Shown piece by piece: positions 1 to 10,370 of a stretch of DNA of 64,000 nt (the first letter of the stretch is position 1; each line of letters opens with the position of its first letter). The notes under the pieces are model-generated. The model saw only the letters and a list, made by a program, of their open reading frames with translations, had not been told where the DNA came from and did no database searches. Position numbers and translations under genes: made by a program. The stretch comes from Treponemataceae bacterium (GTDB lineage: Bacteria > Spirochaetota > Spirochaetia > Treponematales > Rectinemataceae). Location of the stretch: the NCBI GenBank assembly GCA_963667725.2, contig CAXXHO010000003.1, positions 288,001 through 352,000 on the forward strand. Direction: 5' to 3'.

Positions 1-2
1 CC

Positions 3-149
3 TATGGGGATTTCAAGGATTACTGCGTGACGGGAGCCTGGGGCGAGGTTAGAGATACCGTCTCCGCCGAAAAGGGAAAGAAGTGGCTAGCGAAGGCACT
101 CTACGCCTCGGCCGATTTCATACGCGAATGGCGCAATAGCGGCAGCTGA
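3..149 (+). CDS. 3' end of a probable creatininase-family protein (partial)
   Basis: Open frame from the window edge: YGDFKDYCVTGAWGEVRDTVSAEKGKKWL...GS*. The G.WG...SAEKG pattern is typical of the creatininase C-terminus. Confidence 0.5.
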   Translation, partial: YGDFKDYCVTGAWGEVRDTVSAEKGKKWLAKALYASADFIREWRNSGS

Positions 150-247
150 TTTCCGCCTGGAAAGAATAGGCGGCAAGCTGAAAGCTGGGCGCGGAGCGCT
201 CGGTACGGGGGGCTTGGTACGGACCGTTTGGCGCGGAGCATTTTTAA

Positions 248-283
248 AAAAAGGGCTGGCCACGATCGTGGCCAGCCCTTTTT
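248..283. terminator. Bidirectional intrinsic terminator
   Basis: Perfect 36-bp palindrome AAAAAGGGCTGGCCACGATCGTGGCCAGCCCTTTTT between convergent genes. Confidence 0.9.
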
Positions 284-313
284 CTATACTGCTTTTTTTC
301 TCGAAAATTCGCT

Positions 314-1498
314 TTATTTAATCGCCATGTATTTGGAAGGGATCGCTACCTGGTTCATGCCCATGGCGCCTTTGCCGAAGGCGTAGCTGTCCTGGTAGAC
401 GAGAAGGAAATTGCGCATGCGAACCTGGGTGGACGCGTCCTTGTAGGCCGTGCTGTTCCAGTCGACGCCGGGGGAGAATTGCGCGAGGGAGCTCATGACA
501 TCGGCGTTGTTGCCCAGTCTGGCTTTTTTCTCGACCGTTCTCTTCGCGAACTCGCCGAGACCGGCCACGATGCAGTAGCCCGAGGGATAGGGCCAGGTGA
601 CGAGGCGGCCGCTGGCGCCCTTGGCCGCGACGGTCTGTTCGATCTTGGCGAGAATGGCTTTCCAGTTGCCCTTTTCCTTGCTCAGGTCGACGCCGAAGGC
701 TCCCGCGTAACCCTGGAGAGGGGAGTCGGTCTGGACATAGAGGCCGCCGAGTTCGGCGATGCGCTTGAGGAGAGGTTCGACGTGGGCGTTGTTGGTGCTG
801 AAGAAGGCGGTGTTTTTGCCGTATTTGTCGAGCCACATCGGGACTTTTTCCAGTATGAACTGCTGGGCGCCGGGTACGCCCACTTCGCTGGTCGGATCGG
901 GAGCGGTCTCGAAGGCGAACTTGAGTCCGAGATCCTTGCAGGCCTGTTCCATTATCATGCGCCGGCGTCCGAGGAGCTCGTAGCTCATGTGGCGAGGGAA
1001 GGAAATGTGCACATAGGTGTCGGCACCCAGCTTCTTGGCCACCAGGGGCATGATGTAGCCCATGGAAAGCGTGTCCGAATTGATGCAGAGATCGGATACC
1101 GCCGCGATGACGGCGGGGTCTTCCTGCGGCTCCCCGGCGAAGCAGAGGATGTCGGGGCGTTTCTGCTTGACTCTGCGGAAGGCTTCGGCGGTGCCGGGCA
1201 CCGCTTCCACGACGACGATAGCTTTCATGAGGGGATCGTCGCTGAGACCTACGATCTGCGATATGACCGTTTCCATCTCCGAGCTGAAATTGTCCGGATA
1301 GGTGACATGCTGGATCATTCCGCCTTTCTGCGCGCTTCCATAAAGGCTTATCAGCGCCTCGGCTCCCCTTATCACGTCTTCTCCCTGGGAAACCGTGCCG
1401 GTCACGATGCCAACGTGAAAGTTTCCCGCGGCGAAAAGGGGCACGAGGGCGGCGCCGAAGGCCATGAAAGTCAGCAGCGCAAACTTCAGTTTTCTCAT
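314..1498 (-). CDS. DUF3798-family exported protein (periplasmic binding protein-like)
   Basis: Signal peptide; motifs HVGIVTGTVSQGED, TYPDNF, HISFPRHMSY, APDP.S.VGV.GAQQFILE. Confidence 0.85.
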   Translation of the reverse strand: MRKLKFALLTFMAFGAALVPLFAAGNFHVGIVTGTVSQGEDVIRGAEALISLYGSAQKGGMIQHVTYPDNFSSEMETVISQIVGLSDDPLMKAIVVVEAVPGTAEAFRRVKQKRPDILCFAGEPQEDPAVIAAVSDLCINSDTLSMGYIMPLVAKKLGADTYVHISFPRHMSYELLGRRRMIMEQACKDLGLKFAFETAPDPTSEVGVPGAQQFILEKVPMWLDKYGKNTAFFSTNNAHVEPLLKRIAELGGLYVQTDSPLQGYAGAFGVDLSKEKGNWKAILAKIEQTVAAKGASGRLVTWPYPSGYCIVAGLGEFAKRTVEKKARLGNNADVMSSLAQFSPGVDWNSTAYKDASTQVRMRNFLLVYQDSYAFGKGAMGMNQVAIPSKYMAIK

Positions 1499-1581
1499 AC
1501 AGCGAACCTCCTGAATTCTAGCTAGATTTTATCCAGTATAGATCAATAAACACCGATACGCGAGCCTAATAATCTTCGCTA

Positions 1582-1610
1582 TTGACGAATAGGCAAAGCA
1601 TACTTACACT
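1582..1610 (+). promoter_or_regulatory. Putative sigma70 promoter
   Basis: TTGACG-17bp-TACACT upstream of 1634. Confidence 0.5.
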
Positions 1611-1633
1611 TCTCCCGCTCGGCCTAGGGGAGA

Positions 1634-2476
1634 ATGAACGTGAAATACGCGGTGTGCAATGAGCTGTTCGGCGAAATGGCTTTGGGAAAAGTGGCGGCGA
1701 CGCTTCGCGACGCCGGCTACCGAGGCATAGAGTTCGCTCCCTATACCGTATTCGGTGACTTTTCGCCCCTCGCGATCCGCAACGCCGTGACAGGCATCGC
1801 CGGAGCGCTGGCGGGGGAGGGGCTTCAGTTCGTGGGATTTCACTGGCTCATGGTCGGACCTGAGCCATTGCACCTCACCACCACCGACGAAAGCCTCCGC
1901 CAACGCTCCCTGGACCATCTTCGGCGGCTCCTGGACGCGGCCGGCGAACTGGGAGGCGGCGTGCTCATCCTGGGTTCCCCAAAACAGCGATCCACGGTGG
2001 CGGGCTCCGATAGGGCGACTGCCATCAGAAAACTCTCCGAAGGCCTCGCCCTGCTCGGCGATCACGCTCTGTCCTGTAAATCCCGCATCCTCATGGAGGC
2101 GCTCGACTCAAGCCAGACCGATGTCGTGAACAGCCTGGCCGATGCTCACGCGCTCGTGGAAGAGATAGGCTCGCCCGGAATAGGAGAGATGTTCGATTTT
2201 CACAACGTCGGCGACGAGACCGAGCCTTGGGACAGGCTGCTGCGAAAATACCGGAACGCTATCGCCCACATCCACATCAACGAGATGGACGGCAGGGCGC
2301 CGGGGACCGGAACCTCGGATTACGGCCCTGCATTTGACGTCCTCCGCGAGACCCGCTATAGGGATTGGATTAGCATGGAAATATTCGAGAAACCGGCCGA
2401 TCCCGGAGAGACAGTGAGGCAGGCCCTGCGTTTCCTGTCCCGGTACGATGACGAACTCCCGCTCTCTCCCGAGTGA
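1634..2476 (+). CDS. Sugar phosphate isomerase/epimerase (ketose 3-epimerase-like TIM barrel)
   Basis: GIEFAP, GSPKQR, metal ligands E...D.HN...HIH.NE, PGTG..DY, S.E.F. Confidence 0.85.
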   Translation: MNVKYAVCNELFGEMALGKVAATLRDAGYRGIEFAPYTVFGDFSPLAIRNAVTGIAGALAGEGLQFVGFHWLMVGPEPLHLTTTDESLRQRSLDHLRRLLDAAGELGGGVLILGSPKQRSTVAGSDRATAIRKLSEGLALLGDHALSCKSRILMEALDSSQTDVVNSLADAHALVEEIGSPGIGEMFDFHNVGDETEPWDRLLRKYRNAIAHIHINEMDGRAPGTGTSDYGPAFDVLRETRYRDWISMEIFEKPADPGETVRQALRFLSRYDDELPLSPE

Positions 2477-2675
2477 ACCTGGTCGCGGGCGCTGTTTTCA
2501 ATGCCGGGCTTCTGCCTGCTGATTCTGAATTTGTCATTTTCCTTTACAAAAGACTTGACAGCGCCGCGATCATGTTTGATTAATGAGGTAACGCTCCAGG
2601 TGTCAGAAGCGTGCCGTAAAACGACTCAATGCTTCGCGACGGACGAGATAAGCGGAGTGGAATCAAGGAGTGACC

Positions 2676-3719
2676 ATGAATTTCGGAATAGTAGGCACAG
2701 GACTCATCGCCGAGTTTCACGCAAAAGCTTTGGCTGAAATCCCCGAAGCCAGACTTGTGGCATGCATCGATGTCCTTCCCGAGAGGGCGGCCTCCTTCGC
2801 GGCCAGGTTCGGCTGCGCCGCGTATTCGGACATGGCGAGTTTTCTGCGCCATCCTAAACTGGATATCGTGAATGTCTGCACTCCCTCCGGCCTGCATCTC
2901 GACGCGGCGCTCCCCGCCGCCGCCGCCGGAAAGCACCTCATCGTGGAAAAGCCCCTGGAGGTGAGTTCCGAGCGTTGCGGCAGGATGATAGAAGCCTGCG
3001 ACAAGGCTGGGGTGACGCTTTCCGGAATCTTTCCTTCCCGGTTCCATGACTCCTCCCGTACCATAAAATCGGCCCTCGGGGAAGGCCGGTTCGGCAGGCT
3101 TACCATGGGCAACGCGTACGTGAAGTGGTGGCGCGAGCAGAGCTACTACGACAAGGGCGGCTGGAAGGGCAAAAAGGCCCTGGACGGCGGCGGCGCCCTC
3201 ATGAACCAATCCATCCATGCCATCGACCTTCTGCGCTGGTTCATGGGGCCGATAGAGGAAGTGAACGCGTTCACCGGCGCGGCCGGCCATTCAGGCATAG
3301 ACGTGGAGGACAACGCAATCGCCGCCGTGCGTTTCGCGAACGGCGCCCTCGGCGCGATTCAGGGTTCCACCTCGGTGTGGCCCGGTTTCCTCAAGCGGCT
3401 TGAAGTCTCGGGCATGGACGGAAGCATCGTCATGGAAGAAGAAAACATCCCCTTCTGGAAGTTCCGTGCCGAGACGGGCAAGGATGATGAAATCCGCGCG
3501 CGTTTCGCCGGCGCCACGAGCACGGGCGGCGGCGCCTCCGATCCTGCCGCCATAGGCTACCATGGCCACAAGCTGCAGTTTTTGGATGTGATCGGCGCCA
3601 TAGAAAAGGGAAGGGAACCTTCCATAGATGGAAGAGAAGCCGCAAAAGCCGTGTCGATAATCGAAGCGATATACGAGAGCGCTGAAACCGGCAAATCGGT
3701 AAATGTAGTCGAGCAGTGA
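2676..3719 (+). CDS. Gfo/Idh/MocA family oxidoreductase
   Basis: GIVGTGLI Rossmann motif, CTPSGLH, EKP, GGGALMNQSIH.ID. AAGGAG RBS before ATG 2676. Confidence 0.92.
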   Translation: MNFGIVGTGLIAEFHAKALAEIPEARLVACIDVLPERAASFAARFGCAAYSDMASFLRHPKLDIVNVCTPSGLHLDAALPAAAAGKHLIVEKPLEVSSERCGRMIEACDKAGVTLSGIFPSRFHDSSRTIKSALGEGRFGRLTMGNAYVKWWREQSYYDKGGWKGKKALDGGGALMNQSIHAIDLLRWFMGPIEEVNAFTGAAGHSGIDVEDNAIAAVRFANGALGAIQGSTSVWPGFLKRLEVSGMDGSIVMEEENIPFWKFRAETGKDDEIRARFAGATSTGGGASDPAAIGYHGHKLQFLDVIGAIEKGREPSIDGREAAKAVSIIEAIYESAETGKSVNVVEQ

Positions 3720-4672
3720 GCGATCGCAAAGTTAGGGAAATGTACCTGAGCGGCTTCGCCGACGAGGCCGCCGACGATATCGCCGGTCAGATCGAGGCGA
3801 CGAAGGCCTTAGGCTGGTCGCATATCGAAATCCGCGCCGTGGACAAGGTGAATCTCCACGATCTGGACGAAGCTTCCTTCGAGCGCTGCGCCGAAGCCCT
3901 GGAGCAAGCCGATATCTATGTCAGCTGCCTGGGCTCGACGATAGCCAACTGGGGGAGGAAGGTGGACGAGGATTTCGCCGCCGCGCTTCGCACCGTGGAC
4001 AGGGCTGTTTCGAGGATGAAAAGACTGGGCGTGGGCCAGATTCGCCTGATGAGCTACGCTATCATGTTCGATAGCTCGGGGCGTGCCTTGCCGGATCAGA
4101 AGGAAGCCGAACGCTTCGCCCAGCTACGCGAGATATGCGCCCGTTTTCTCGACGCCGGCATCACTCCCGTCCACGAAAACTGCCTCAATTACGGAGGCAT
4201 GAGCTGGGAGCATACGCTCCGCCTGTTGAAGGAAGTGCCGGGGCTCAAACTGGTGTACGATACGGGAAATCCAGGCCTTACCCCCGATTTCCGCAAACCC
4301 TATCCCTATCCGAACCAGGACGGCTGGGAAGCCTGGGAACACCTGAAGCCTTATGTAGTCTATATGCATATCAAGGACGGAAAGCGTGACCGGATCACGG
4401 GCGAGGAAAGTTATTTCTTCCCCGGCGAAGGCGACTGTCAGGTTGAAAGAGTCCTGGCTGATCTTCTTTCCATGGGCTACGAAGGCGGGCTTTCCATAGA
4501 ACCCCATATGGCCGTCGTTTTCCACAACGACAAGATCAGGTCGAGCGACAAGGCTAGATTCGACAACTATGTCGAGTACGGGCGCAGGACGGAATCGCTT
4601 CTCCGGCGCCTCGGCTGCGAAGTCGGCTCAGGGCGCATCCTCTATGGCGCCCACTCCAATCCAGGTTTATAG
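3716..4672 (+). CDS. Sugar phosphate isomerase/epimerase family protein
   Basis: LSGFADEA, HEN, YDTGN, HIKD, PGEGD, SIEPH. Confidence 0.85.
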   Translation: MSDRKVREMYLSGFADEAADDIAGQIEATKALGWSHIEIRAVDKVNLHDLDEASFERCAEALEQADIYVSCLGSTIANWGRKVDEDFAAALRTVDRAVSRMKRLGVGQIRLMSYAIMFDSSGRALPDQKEAERFAQLREICARFLDAGITPVHENCLNYGGMSWEHTLRLLKEVPGLKLVYDTGNPGLTPDFRKPYPYPNQDGWEAWEHLKPYVVYMHIKDGKRDRITGEESYFFPGEGDCQVERVLADLLSMGYEGGLSIEPHMAVVFHNDKIRSSDKARFDNYVEYGRRTESLLRRLGCEVGSGRILYGAHSNPGL

Positions 4673-4707
4673 TAGGGTAAATACCTACGCTACTGGAGTG
4701 ACGCAGC

Positions 4708-6087
4708 ATGGATCATAAAAAACTGAGTGTTGGCACGAAACTCGGATTCGGCGCCGCCGATCTCGGCGGGAACCTCTTCTTCACGGCCATGGGATTCTGG
4801 ACTTTGAATTACCTCACGGACTCAGTGGGACTCTCGGCCGCGGCGGCCGGTGCCGCTGTCATGGTAGGAAAGCTCTGGGATGCCGTCACTGACCCGATGA
4901 TGGGCTTCATTTCCGATCGCACTCGCTCGAGATGGGGCCGGCGCCGGCCTTACCTCCTCTTCGGCGCGGTCCCGCTCGCGCTGACTATGTGGTATTTTTT
5001 CACGAATCCCCATATCGGAAGCCAGACCTGGCTGACCATCTGGGCGGCTCTCGCTCTCTGCGCGCTCAACACGGCATATACCATCGTCAATATACCCTAC
5101 TCATCGCTCACTCCCGAACTCACTAAGGATTACCATGAGCGTACATCGCTCAACGGCTACCGCTTCGGGTTCGCGGTGGTAGGCACGATCCTCGGCGCCG
5201 GCGCCGTCCTTCCTCTCGTGGGCCTCTTCGGTTCCGACAGATCGGCGGGTTTTTCCTTCATGGGAGGAGTCCTTGGTCTCCTCATGGCGGTAAGCACCCT
5301 CGTCACATTTTTCTCGGTACATGAGCCGGATCACAGCCAGGAACCCATACCCGCGGAAAAATTCCTGCCTACCTTCCTCGCCGTATTCCGGAACAAGCCG
5401 TACGTGATACTCCTCCTCACCTACGCGCTCAATCTGACGGCGCTCAACTTCGTGCAGGGAATCCTCGTGTATTATTTCAAATACATCTACAGAAACGAAG
5501 CCATGACGACGCTCGCCATGGTTATGCTGCTCCTGACGGCCATGGTCTGCATCCCGATCTCGGTAAAAGTCTCCTCCCATATAGGCAAGAAGCGAACCTA
5601 CCAGATTTGCTTTGCCATAATCGCCTCAGCCTGCACTATAATTTACCTTCTTGGCCATAAACTCGGGCCAAACTTCTTTCTGGTCATGATGATTTATGCC
5701 GGTGTGGGCATCGGTTTCGGTTACGTGGCTCCCTGGGCCATGGTCCCCGACGCCATCGAGTTCGACGCGGTCCGCACGGGCAACCGCAAGGAAGGGGCTT
5801 TCTACGGAATGTGGACCTTCACCTCCAAGGTGGGCACTTCTCTCGCCATCGCGCTCACGGGCCTTATTCTGGGATCTGCTGGCTACGTCGCCAACGTGGC
5901 GGAACAAAGCCCATCAGCGCTCGGCGCCATAAGGCTCATAATTGGTCCCATTCCCACGGCCATTTTCCTGGCCGCCATCTTCCTTATCGAGCGATATCCG
6001 ATAGATGAGAAGACCTATGTGAAGTTCATGGCTGAAAATGCCGCTTTGCATAAGGCCGATCCGTCAAAAGACGGCTCCGAACCTTGA
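4708..6087 (+). CDS. MFS glycoside-pentoside-hexuronide:cation symporter
   Basis: WDAVTDP.MG..SDRTRSRWGRRRPY motif; about 12 TM segments. Confidence 0.92.
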   Translation: MDHKKLSVGTKLGFGAADLGGNLFFTAMGFWTLNYLTDSVGLSAAAAGAAVMVGKLWDAVTDPMMGFISDRTRSRWGRRRPYLLFGAVPLALTMWYFFTNPHIGSQTWLTIWAALALCALNTAYTIVNIPYSSLTPELTKDYHERTSLNGYRFGFAVVGTILGAGAVLPLVGLFGSDRSAGFSFMGGVLGLLMAVSTLVTFFSVHEPDHSQEPIPAEKFLPTFLAVFRNKPYVILLLTYALNLTALNFVQGILVYYFKYIYRNEAMTTLAMVMLLLTAMVCIPISVKVSSHIGKKRTYQICFAIIASACTIIYLLGHKLGPNFFLVMMIYAGVGIGFGYVAPWAMVPDAIEFDAVRTGNRKEGAFYGMWTFTSKVGTSLAIALTGLILGSAGYVANVAEQSPSALGAIRLIIGPIPTAIFLAAIFLIERYPIDEKTYVKFMAENAALHKADPSKDGSEP

Positions 6088-6102
6088 CGGGAGGGAAAGG
6101 CG

Positions 6103-6666
6103 ATGATTTTCCCCAACTGTTGGCAAGAAGTGGATTCGAAGAAGATCGCCGATTGTCATATTTTTACCCTCTCTGAGAGCGACCGGGAAACCTGCGACCG
6201 CAAGAAGCGGGGCGCCTTCTATTTACTGAATGCCCCCGATTGGGCGGGCGTCATCCCCGTCGTGGATACGCCCGAGGGACGAAGTTTCGTGATGATCCGG
6301 CAGTTCCGTCACGGTACCGGCAGGGTTTCCGTGGAATTTCCCGGCGGAGCGATCGACCCCGGCGAGGATCCGGGCAGGGCGGTGGCAAGGGAACTCCTGG
6401 AGGAGACTGGCTACCGCGCTGAAATGATCCTCCCCCTCGGCGATCTTTCCCCTAATCCAGCCTTCATGACCAATACATTCCACGCCTTCATCGCCGAAGG
6501 CTGTTATCTCGAGCGCGATCAGATCCTGGACGAAAATGAGGAAATCGAAGTCCTCCTCGTTCCCGAACGCGATGCCATAGACATGATCGGCGCGGAAGAT
6601 TACGGTCACGCGCTTATGACCGCGACTCTTTTTTTCTATATGAGGTATAGAGGATACTCCGAATAG
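6103..6666 (+). CDS. NUDIX hydrolase (ADP-ribose pyrophosphatase-like)
   Basis: RQFRH, Nudix box GGAIDPGEDPGRAVARELLEETGY, NPAF. Confidence 0.9.
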   Translation: MIFPNCWQEVDSKKIADCHIFTLSESDRETCDRKKRGAFYLLNAPDWAGVIPVVDTPEGRSFVMIRQFRHGTGRVSVEFPGGAIDPGEDPGRAVARELLEETGYRAEMILPLGDLSPNPAFMTNTFHAFIAEGCYLERDQILDENEEIEVLLVPERDAIDMIGAEDYGHALMTATLFFYMRYRGYSE

Positions 6667-6688
6667 GAACAGACAGACATAAAATACC

Positions 6689-6717
6689 TTGCGGTCTCCT
6701 GAAGGCGATGCTATAAT
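6689..6717 (+). promoter_or_regulatory. Putative sigma70 promoter of the 2-oxoacid oxidoreductase operon
   Basis: TTGCGG-17bp-TATAAT with extended -10 (TGc). Confidence 0.6.
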
Positions 6718-6817
6718 TTCTGAAATGGGGTTGCGCGGGCCGAAACGGTCTTATGCCAATACCTCAATCACTCCTGTCTACGATAGAAACTCAAATCGTC
6801 TCATAAGGGCGGAAAAA

Positions 6818-7423
6818 ATGCAGGAAATCAGATTTCACGGGAGAGGCGGGCAGGGTACAGTGCTCGCTTCCATTGCGCTGGCGAAAGCCTTTTTCCAGGC
6901 GGGCTTCTGGGTGCAGACCTTTCCCGTCTTTGGCTCGGAAAGAAGGGGAGCCCCTGTCGAGGCCTATCTCCGCCTCGATTCCTCCAAGATTTACGTCCGC
7001 AGCAACGTATACGAACCGGATCATGTCGTCGTACAGGATTTGCGGCTTCTCCAGCTTGTCGACGTGACGAAAGGCCTGAAAAAAGGGGGATGGATCCTCC
7101 TCAATTCACCCGGACTGCCCGATGGTCTGGAACGGTTCGAAGGCTTCCGGCTGGCTTGCGTCGATGCTTCTCGCATCGCGCTGGAACATGGTTTGGGCGC
7201 GAAGACCCAGCCCATCACGAATACATCGATGATGGGCGCCTTTGCCAAGCTGTTCGGCACGCCTCCTCTCGAGGCGGTGGCGACGGCGATAGAGCATGAA
7301 ATGCCCGTGAAGATCGTCGAAAACAAGGCCGCGGCCAGGGCCGCCTACGATGAGGTCAGGAAATTCGGCCTTATCGATGCAGCATTCCTGAAATCGGCGG
7401 CGCCAGCGGAGGCGGCGGTATGA
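6818..7423 (+). CDS. porC: 2-oxoacid:acceptor oxidoreductase gamma subunit
   Basis: MQEIRFHGRGGQG, FGSERRGAPV. Start set to ATG 6818 because the longer ORF overlaps the promoter. Confidence 0.9.
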   Translation: MQEIRFHGRGGQGTVLASIALAKAFFQAGFWVQTFPVFGSERRGAPVEAYLRLDSSKIYVRSNVYEPDHVVVQDLRLLQLVDVTKGLKKGGWILLNSPGLPDGLERFEGFRLACVDASRIALEHGLGAKTQPITNTSMMGAFAKLFGTPPLEAVATAIEHEMPVKIVENKAAARAAYDEVRKFGLIDAAFLKSAAPAEAAV

Positions 7424-9201
7424 CAAACGAAAGGTTTGATGCCATGCACATATCTCTCTTGATTCCTAAATCCAGCAGCTACACCACGACGAACAAGACA
7501 GGTTCATGGAGTTTCATGCGACCGCGCTATCAGGAAAAGACGGCACCCTGCTCGGCTCGCTGCCCCTGCGGACAGGATATCCCCCGCATAGAAATGCTGG
7601 TTTCGCGCGGAGGTCTGGAGGCAGCGTGGCGAACGATACTCGCCGAAAACCCTCTGCCGGGAACCTGCGGCCGCGTCTGCTTCCATCCCTGCGAAGAAGC
7701 ATGCAACCGCGGGGAATTTGACGCGCCTGTATCGATCAACGCGCTCGAGCGCTTCCTCGACGACGCGGCGCGCGACCAATCGTTTTCTGAAGACAATTCG
7801 AAAGCCCCTCCAAAGGGAAAGCGCGTCGCCATCGTCGGATCGGGGCCGGCCAGTTTGTCCGCCGCCTATTTTCTCGCGCGGCTGGGATACGAATGCGAGA
7901 TATTCGAAGCCGGCGAGGCGCCTGGCGGCGTGCTGCGCGGCGGCATTCCCTCATACAGGCTGCCGAACGCTACCCTGGACTGCGAAATACGGAGAATCGA
8001 AGGCTTGGGAGTCACAATCCATTATTCGGCGCCGGTCAGTCCCGAATTCATCGCGTCGGCCCGATCGTGCTTTGATGCCGTATTCCTGGGCTGCGGTCAT
8101 GGAAAACCGACGGCCCTCGGCATTCCCGGCGAGGAACTGGCGCTCGACGGCCTGGAATTCCTCAATAAAAGCAAGAATGGATCATTGAGCGCCTCCATCG
8201 GATCAGCCCTTGTGATCGGCGGCGGAAACAGCGCCATTGACGTGGCGCGCTCCCTCCTTCGCTCGGGGACCTCGGCGACGATCGTTTACAGAAGGCGTCG
8301 GGATGATATGCCGGCTTTCAGCCACGAAATAGCCCGCGCCGTAGAAGAAGGCGTAAAGATCGTGGAGTTGAGCGCTCCCGCCGCGATCACGCGCAAAGGC
8401 AAAATCCTCGAGCTGACGGTGCGGAAAATGCGTCCGACGGAAATTGGCACCGATGGCAGGATGCGCGTCGTGCCCATCGAAGGGCAAACCGAAATTCTCG
8501 CGGCCGACGCCATATATTCAGCCGTCGGCGCTTCGGCCGCGGAAGCCTGGATGCTGCCGCCCCAGAATCCTGAAGTCCTTCATTTGAGCCACAGCGCGGC
8601 TTTGTGGAATTGCCCGGCCGGCATTCCCCTCCTGTATGGCGGCGACCCCGTCAACGAGGAGGAAAGCGTGGCCGACGCCATCGCTTCCGGCAAACAAGCG
8701 GCCATCGCCCTGGACGTTTTTTTCACGAAGGGGCAGGCATCGGTGGAAGCCGAGATTATCCGCTGCAAAGTAGGAGACGGTACCTCTCTTTCCATGGAGA
8801 TATATCTCGGCGGAGCGAGGCAGAGCCGCGCGAATAAAGTTGTGCGATTTGAAGATCTGAACGACGATTATTTTGTCCTATCTGAAAGGCAGCGAGGGGC
8901 CTCGGTTCCGGCCGAAGTTTCCGTCAGGTCGTTCGCCGAAATTGAGTCTTGCCTGGATGAGGCCGGCGCGGCGAAACAGGCCGAACGCTGCTTCAACTGC
9001 GGCATCTGCAACGACTGCGATAATTGCCGGACTTATTGCCCAGAGGTCGCGGTATTCGCGGCGCGCGCGGCACGGGGCGGAAACTGGACAGAAGATGCCG
9101 GCGTGGATCGCGAAGTGAACGTCGACTACTGCAAGGGCTGCGGCGTATGCGTCACTGAATGCCCGCGCTGCGCGATGGTCATCGAGGAGCAGCAATCATG
9201 A
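7420..9201 (+). CDS. PorD(delta)-like ferredoxin fused with a GltD-like FAD/NAD(P) oxidoreductase
   Basis: N-terminal TGSW...RP; GltD Fe-S motifs PC...CP and GRVC..PCE..C; GSGPA; GGGNSA; YRRRR; C-terminal 2x[4Fe-4S] with DYCKGCGVCVTECP. Confidence 0.85.
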   Translation: MTNERFDAMHISLLIPKSSSYTTTNKTGSWSFMRPRYQEKTAPCSARCPCGQDIPRIEMLVSRGGLEAAWRTILAENPLPGTCGRVCFHPCEEACNRGEFDAPVSINALERFLDDAARDQSFSEDNSKAPPKGKRVAIVGSGPASLSAAYFLARLGYECEIFEAGEAPGGVLRGGIPSYRLPNATLDCEIRRIEGLGVTIHYSAPVSPEFIASARSCFDAVFLGCGHGKPTALGIPGEELALDGLEFLNKSKNGSLSASIGSALVIGGGNSAIDVARSLLRSGTSATIVYRRRRDDMPAFSHEIARAVEEGVKIVELSAPAAITRKGKILELTVRKMRPTEIGTDGRMRVVPIEGQTEILAADAIYSAVGASAAEAWMLPPQNPEVLHLSHSAALWNCPAGIPLLYGGDPVNEEESVADAIASGKQAAIALDVFFTKGQASVEAEIIRCKVGDGTSLSMEIYLGGARQSRANKVVRFEDLNDDYFVLSERQRGASVPAEVSVRSFAEIESCLDEAGAAKQAERCFNCGICNDCDNCRTYCPEVAVFAARAARGGNWTEDAGVDREVNVDYCKGCGVCVTECPRCAMVIEEQQS

Positions 9202-10370
9202 GAGAAGTACTCGAAGGCAGCCAGGCCGTCGCCGAAGCCGCGCGGCTGGCCAGAGTCAAGGTCGTTTCCGCCTATCCCATTACACCGCAGACGCATATCG
9301 TCGAAGAGTTGGCGAAATTCTGTTCGGACGGAAGCCTCGACGGCAAGTTCATATGCGTGGAAAGCGAGCATTCCGCCATGGCCTCGGTGATTGGCGCGCA
9401 ATCGGGCGGCGTCAGATCATTTACGGCCAGCTCCTCCCACGGCCTCGCCCTCATGCACGAAATGCTGCACTGGGCTTCAGCCGCCCGCCTCCCCATTGTC
9501 ATGGCTGAAGTGAATCGAGCCCTCGGTCCGGGATGGAACCTCTGGGTGGATCAGACGGACAGCCTCGCGCAGCGCGACACAGGCTGGATACAGCTCTACT
9601 GCGCCGACGGCCAGGAAGCCTTCGATACGACCATCCTCGCGTACAGGTTGGCCGAAATCGTGAATCTTCCCGTCATGGTGGTGCTCGATGCCTTTTTCCT
9701 CTCGCATACCTACGAGCCCGTCGATGTTCCCACCCAGGCGGAAGTGGACAAGTACCTTCCGCCCTACGAGCCGAAATTCCTCATGGACACGAAGGATGCC
9801 TACACCTTGAATACGGTGGCTCCGCCCAACGTATATATGGAAATGCGGCGGAGCATCCAGATGGCGATGGAAGCGGCGCCCGAGGTCTACGAAAAGATAG
9901 AAGACGAGTTCTATGAGCAGTTCGGGCGCCGCTACGGTCTCGCGGAGGAATATCGCTGCGAGGACGCGGACACTGTCCTGGTCATGGCGGGCACGGCAGC
10001 GAGCACGGCACGCGTCGCCATAGACAACCTGCGCGAAAAAGGCGAGAAGGTCGGACTCCTGCGCATCAGGATGTTCCGCCCATTCCCCGTTAATGCCTTG
10101 AGAAAAAGTCTGGAGAAAGCGAAAAAAGTCGCCGTTCTCGACCGGAACTGTTCCTTCGGCGCCGGCGGCATCTTCGCCCAGGAACTGAAGGCCGCGCTTT
10201 ACGGCTCCGGCCCCAATCCCCCAAAACTCTATAGTTATATAACAGGATTGGGAGGACGTGATGTCACGGTCGATACGATAGGAACCATGTATGCCATGAC
10301 CCGCGACCGAGAAGAGCCCGCTTCCGAAAGCCTCTGGCTCGGACTGAACGAGGAGATGCTGAAATCATGA
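9198..10370 (+). CDS. porA: 2-oxoacid:acceptor oxidoreductase alpha subunit
   Basis: AYPITPQT, ESEHSA, NRAL, GLGGRD; ATGA overlap with the upstream stop. Confidence 0.92.
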   Translation: MREVLEGSQAVAEAARLARVKVVSAYPITPQTHIVEELAKFCSDGSLDGKFICVESEHSAMASVIGAQSGGVRSFTASSSHGLALMHEMLHWASAARLPIVMAEVNRALGPGWNLWVDQTDSLAQRDTGWIQLYCADGQEAFDTTILAYRLAEIVNLPVMVVLDAFFLSHTYEPVDVPTQAEVDKYLPPYEPKFLMDTKDAYTLNTVAPPNVYMEMRRSIQMAMEAAPEVYEKIEDEFYEQFGRRYGLAEEYRCEDADTVLVMAGTAASTARVAIDNLREKGEKVGLLRIRMFRPFPVNALRKSLEKAKKVAVLDRNCSFGAGGIFAQELKAALYGSGPNPPKLYSYITGLGGRDVTVDTIGTMYAMTRDREEPASESLWLGLNEEMLKS

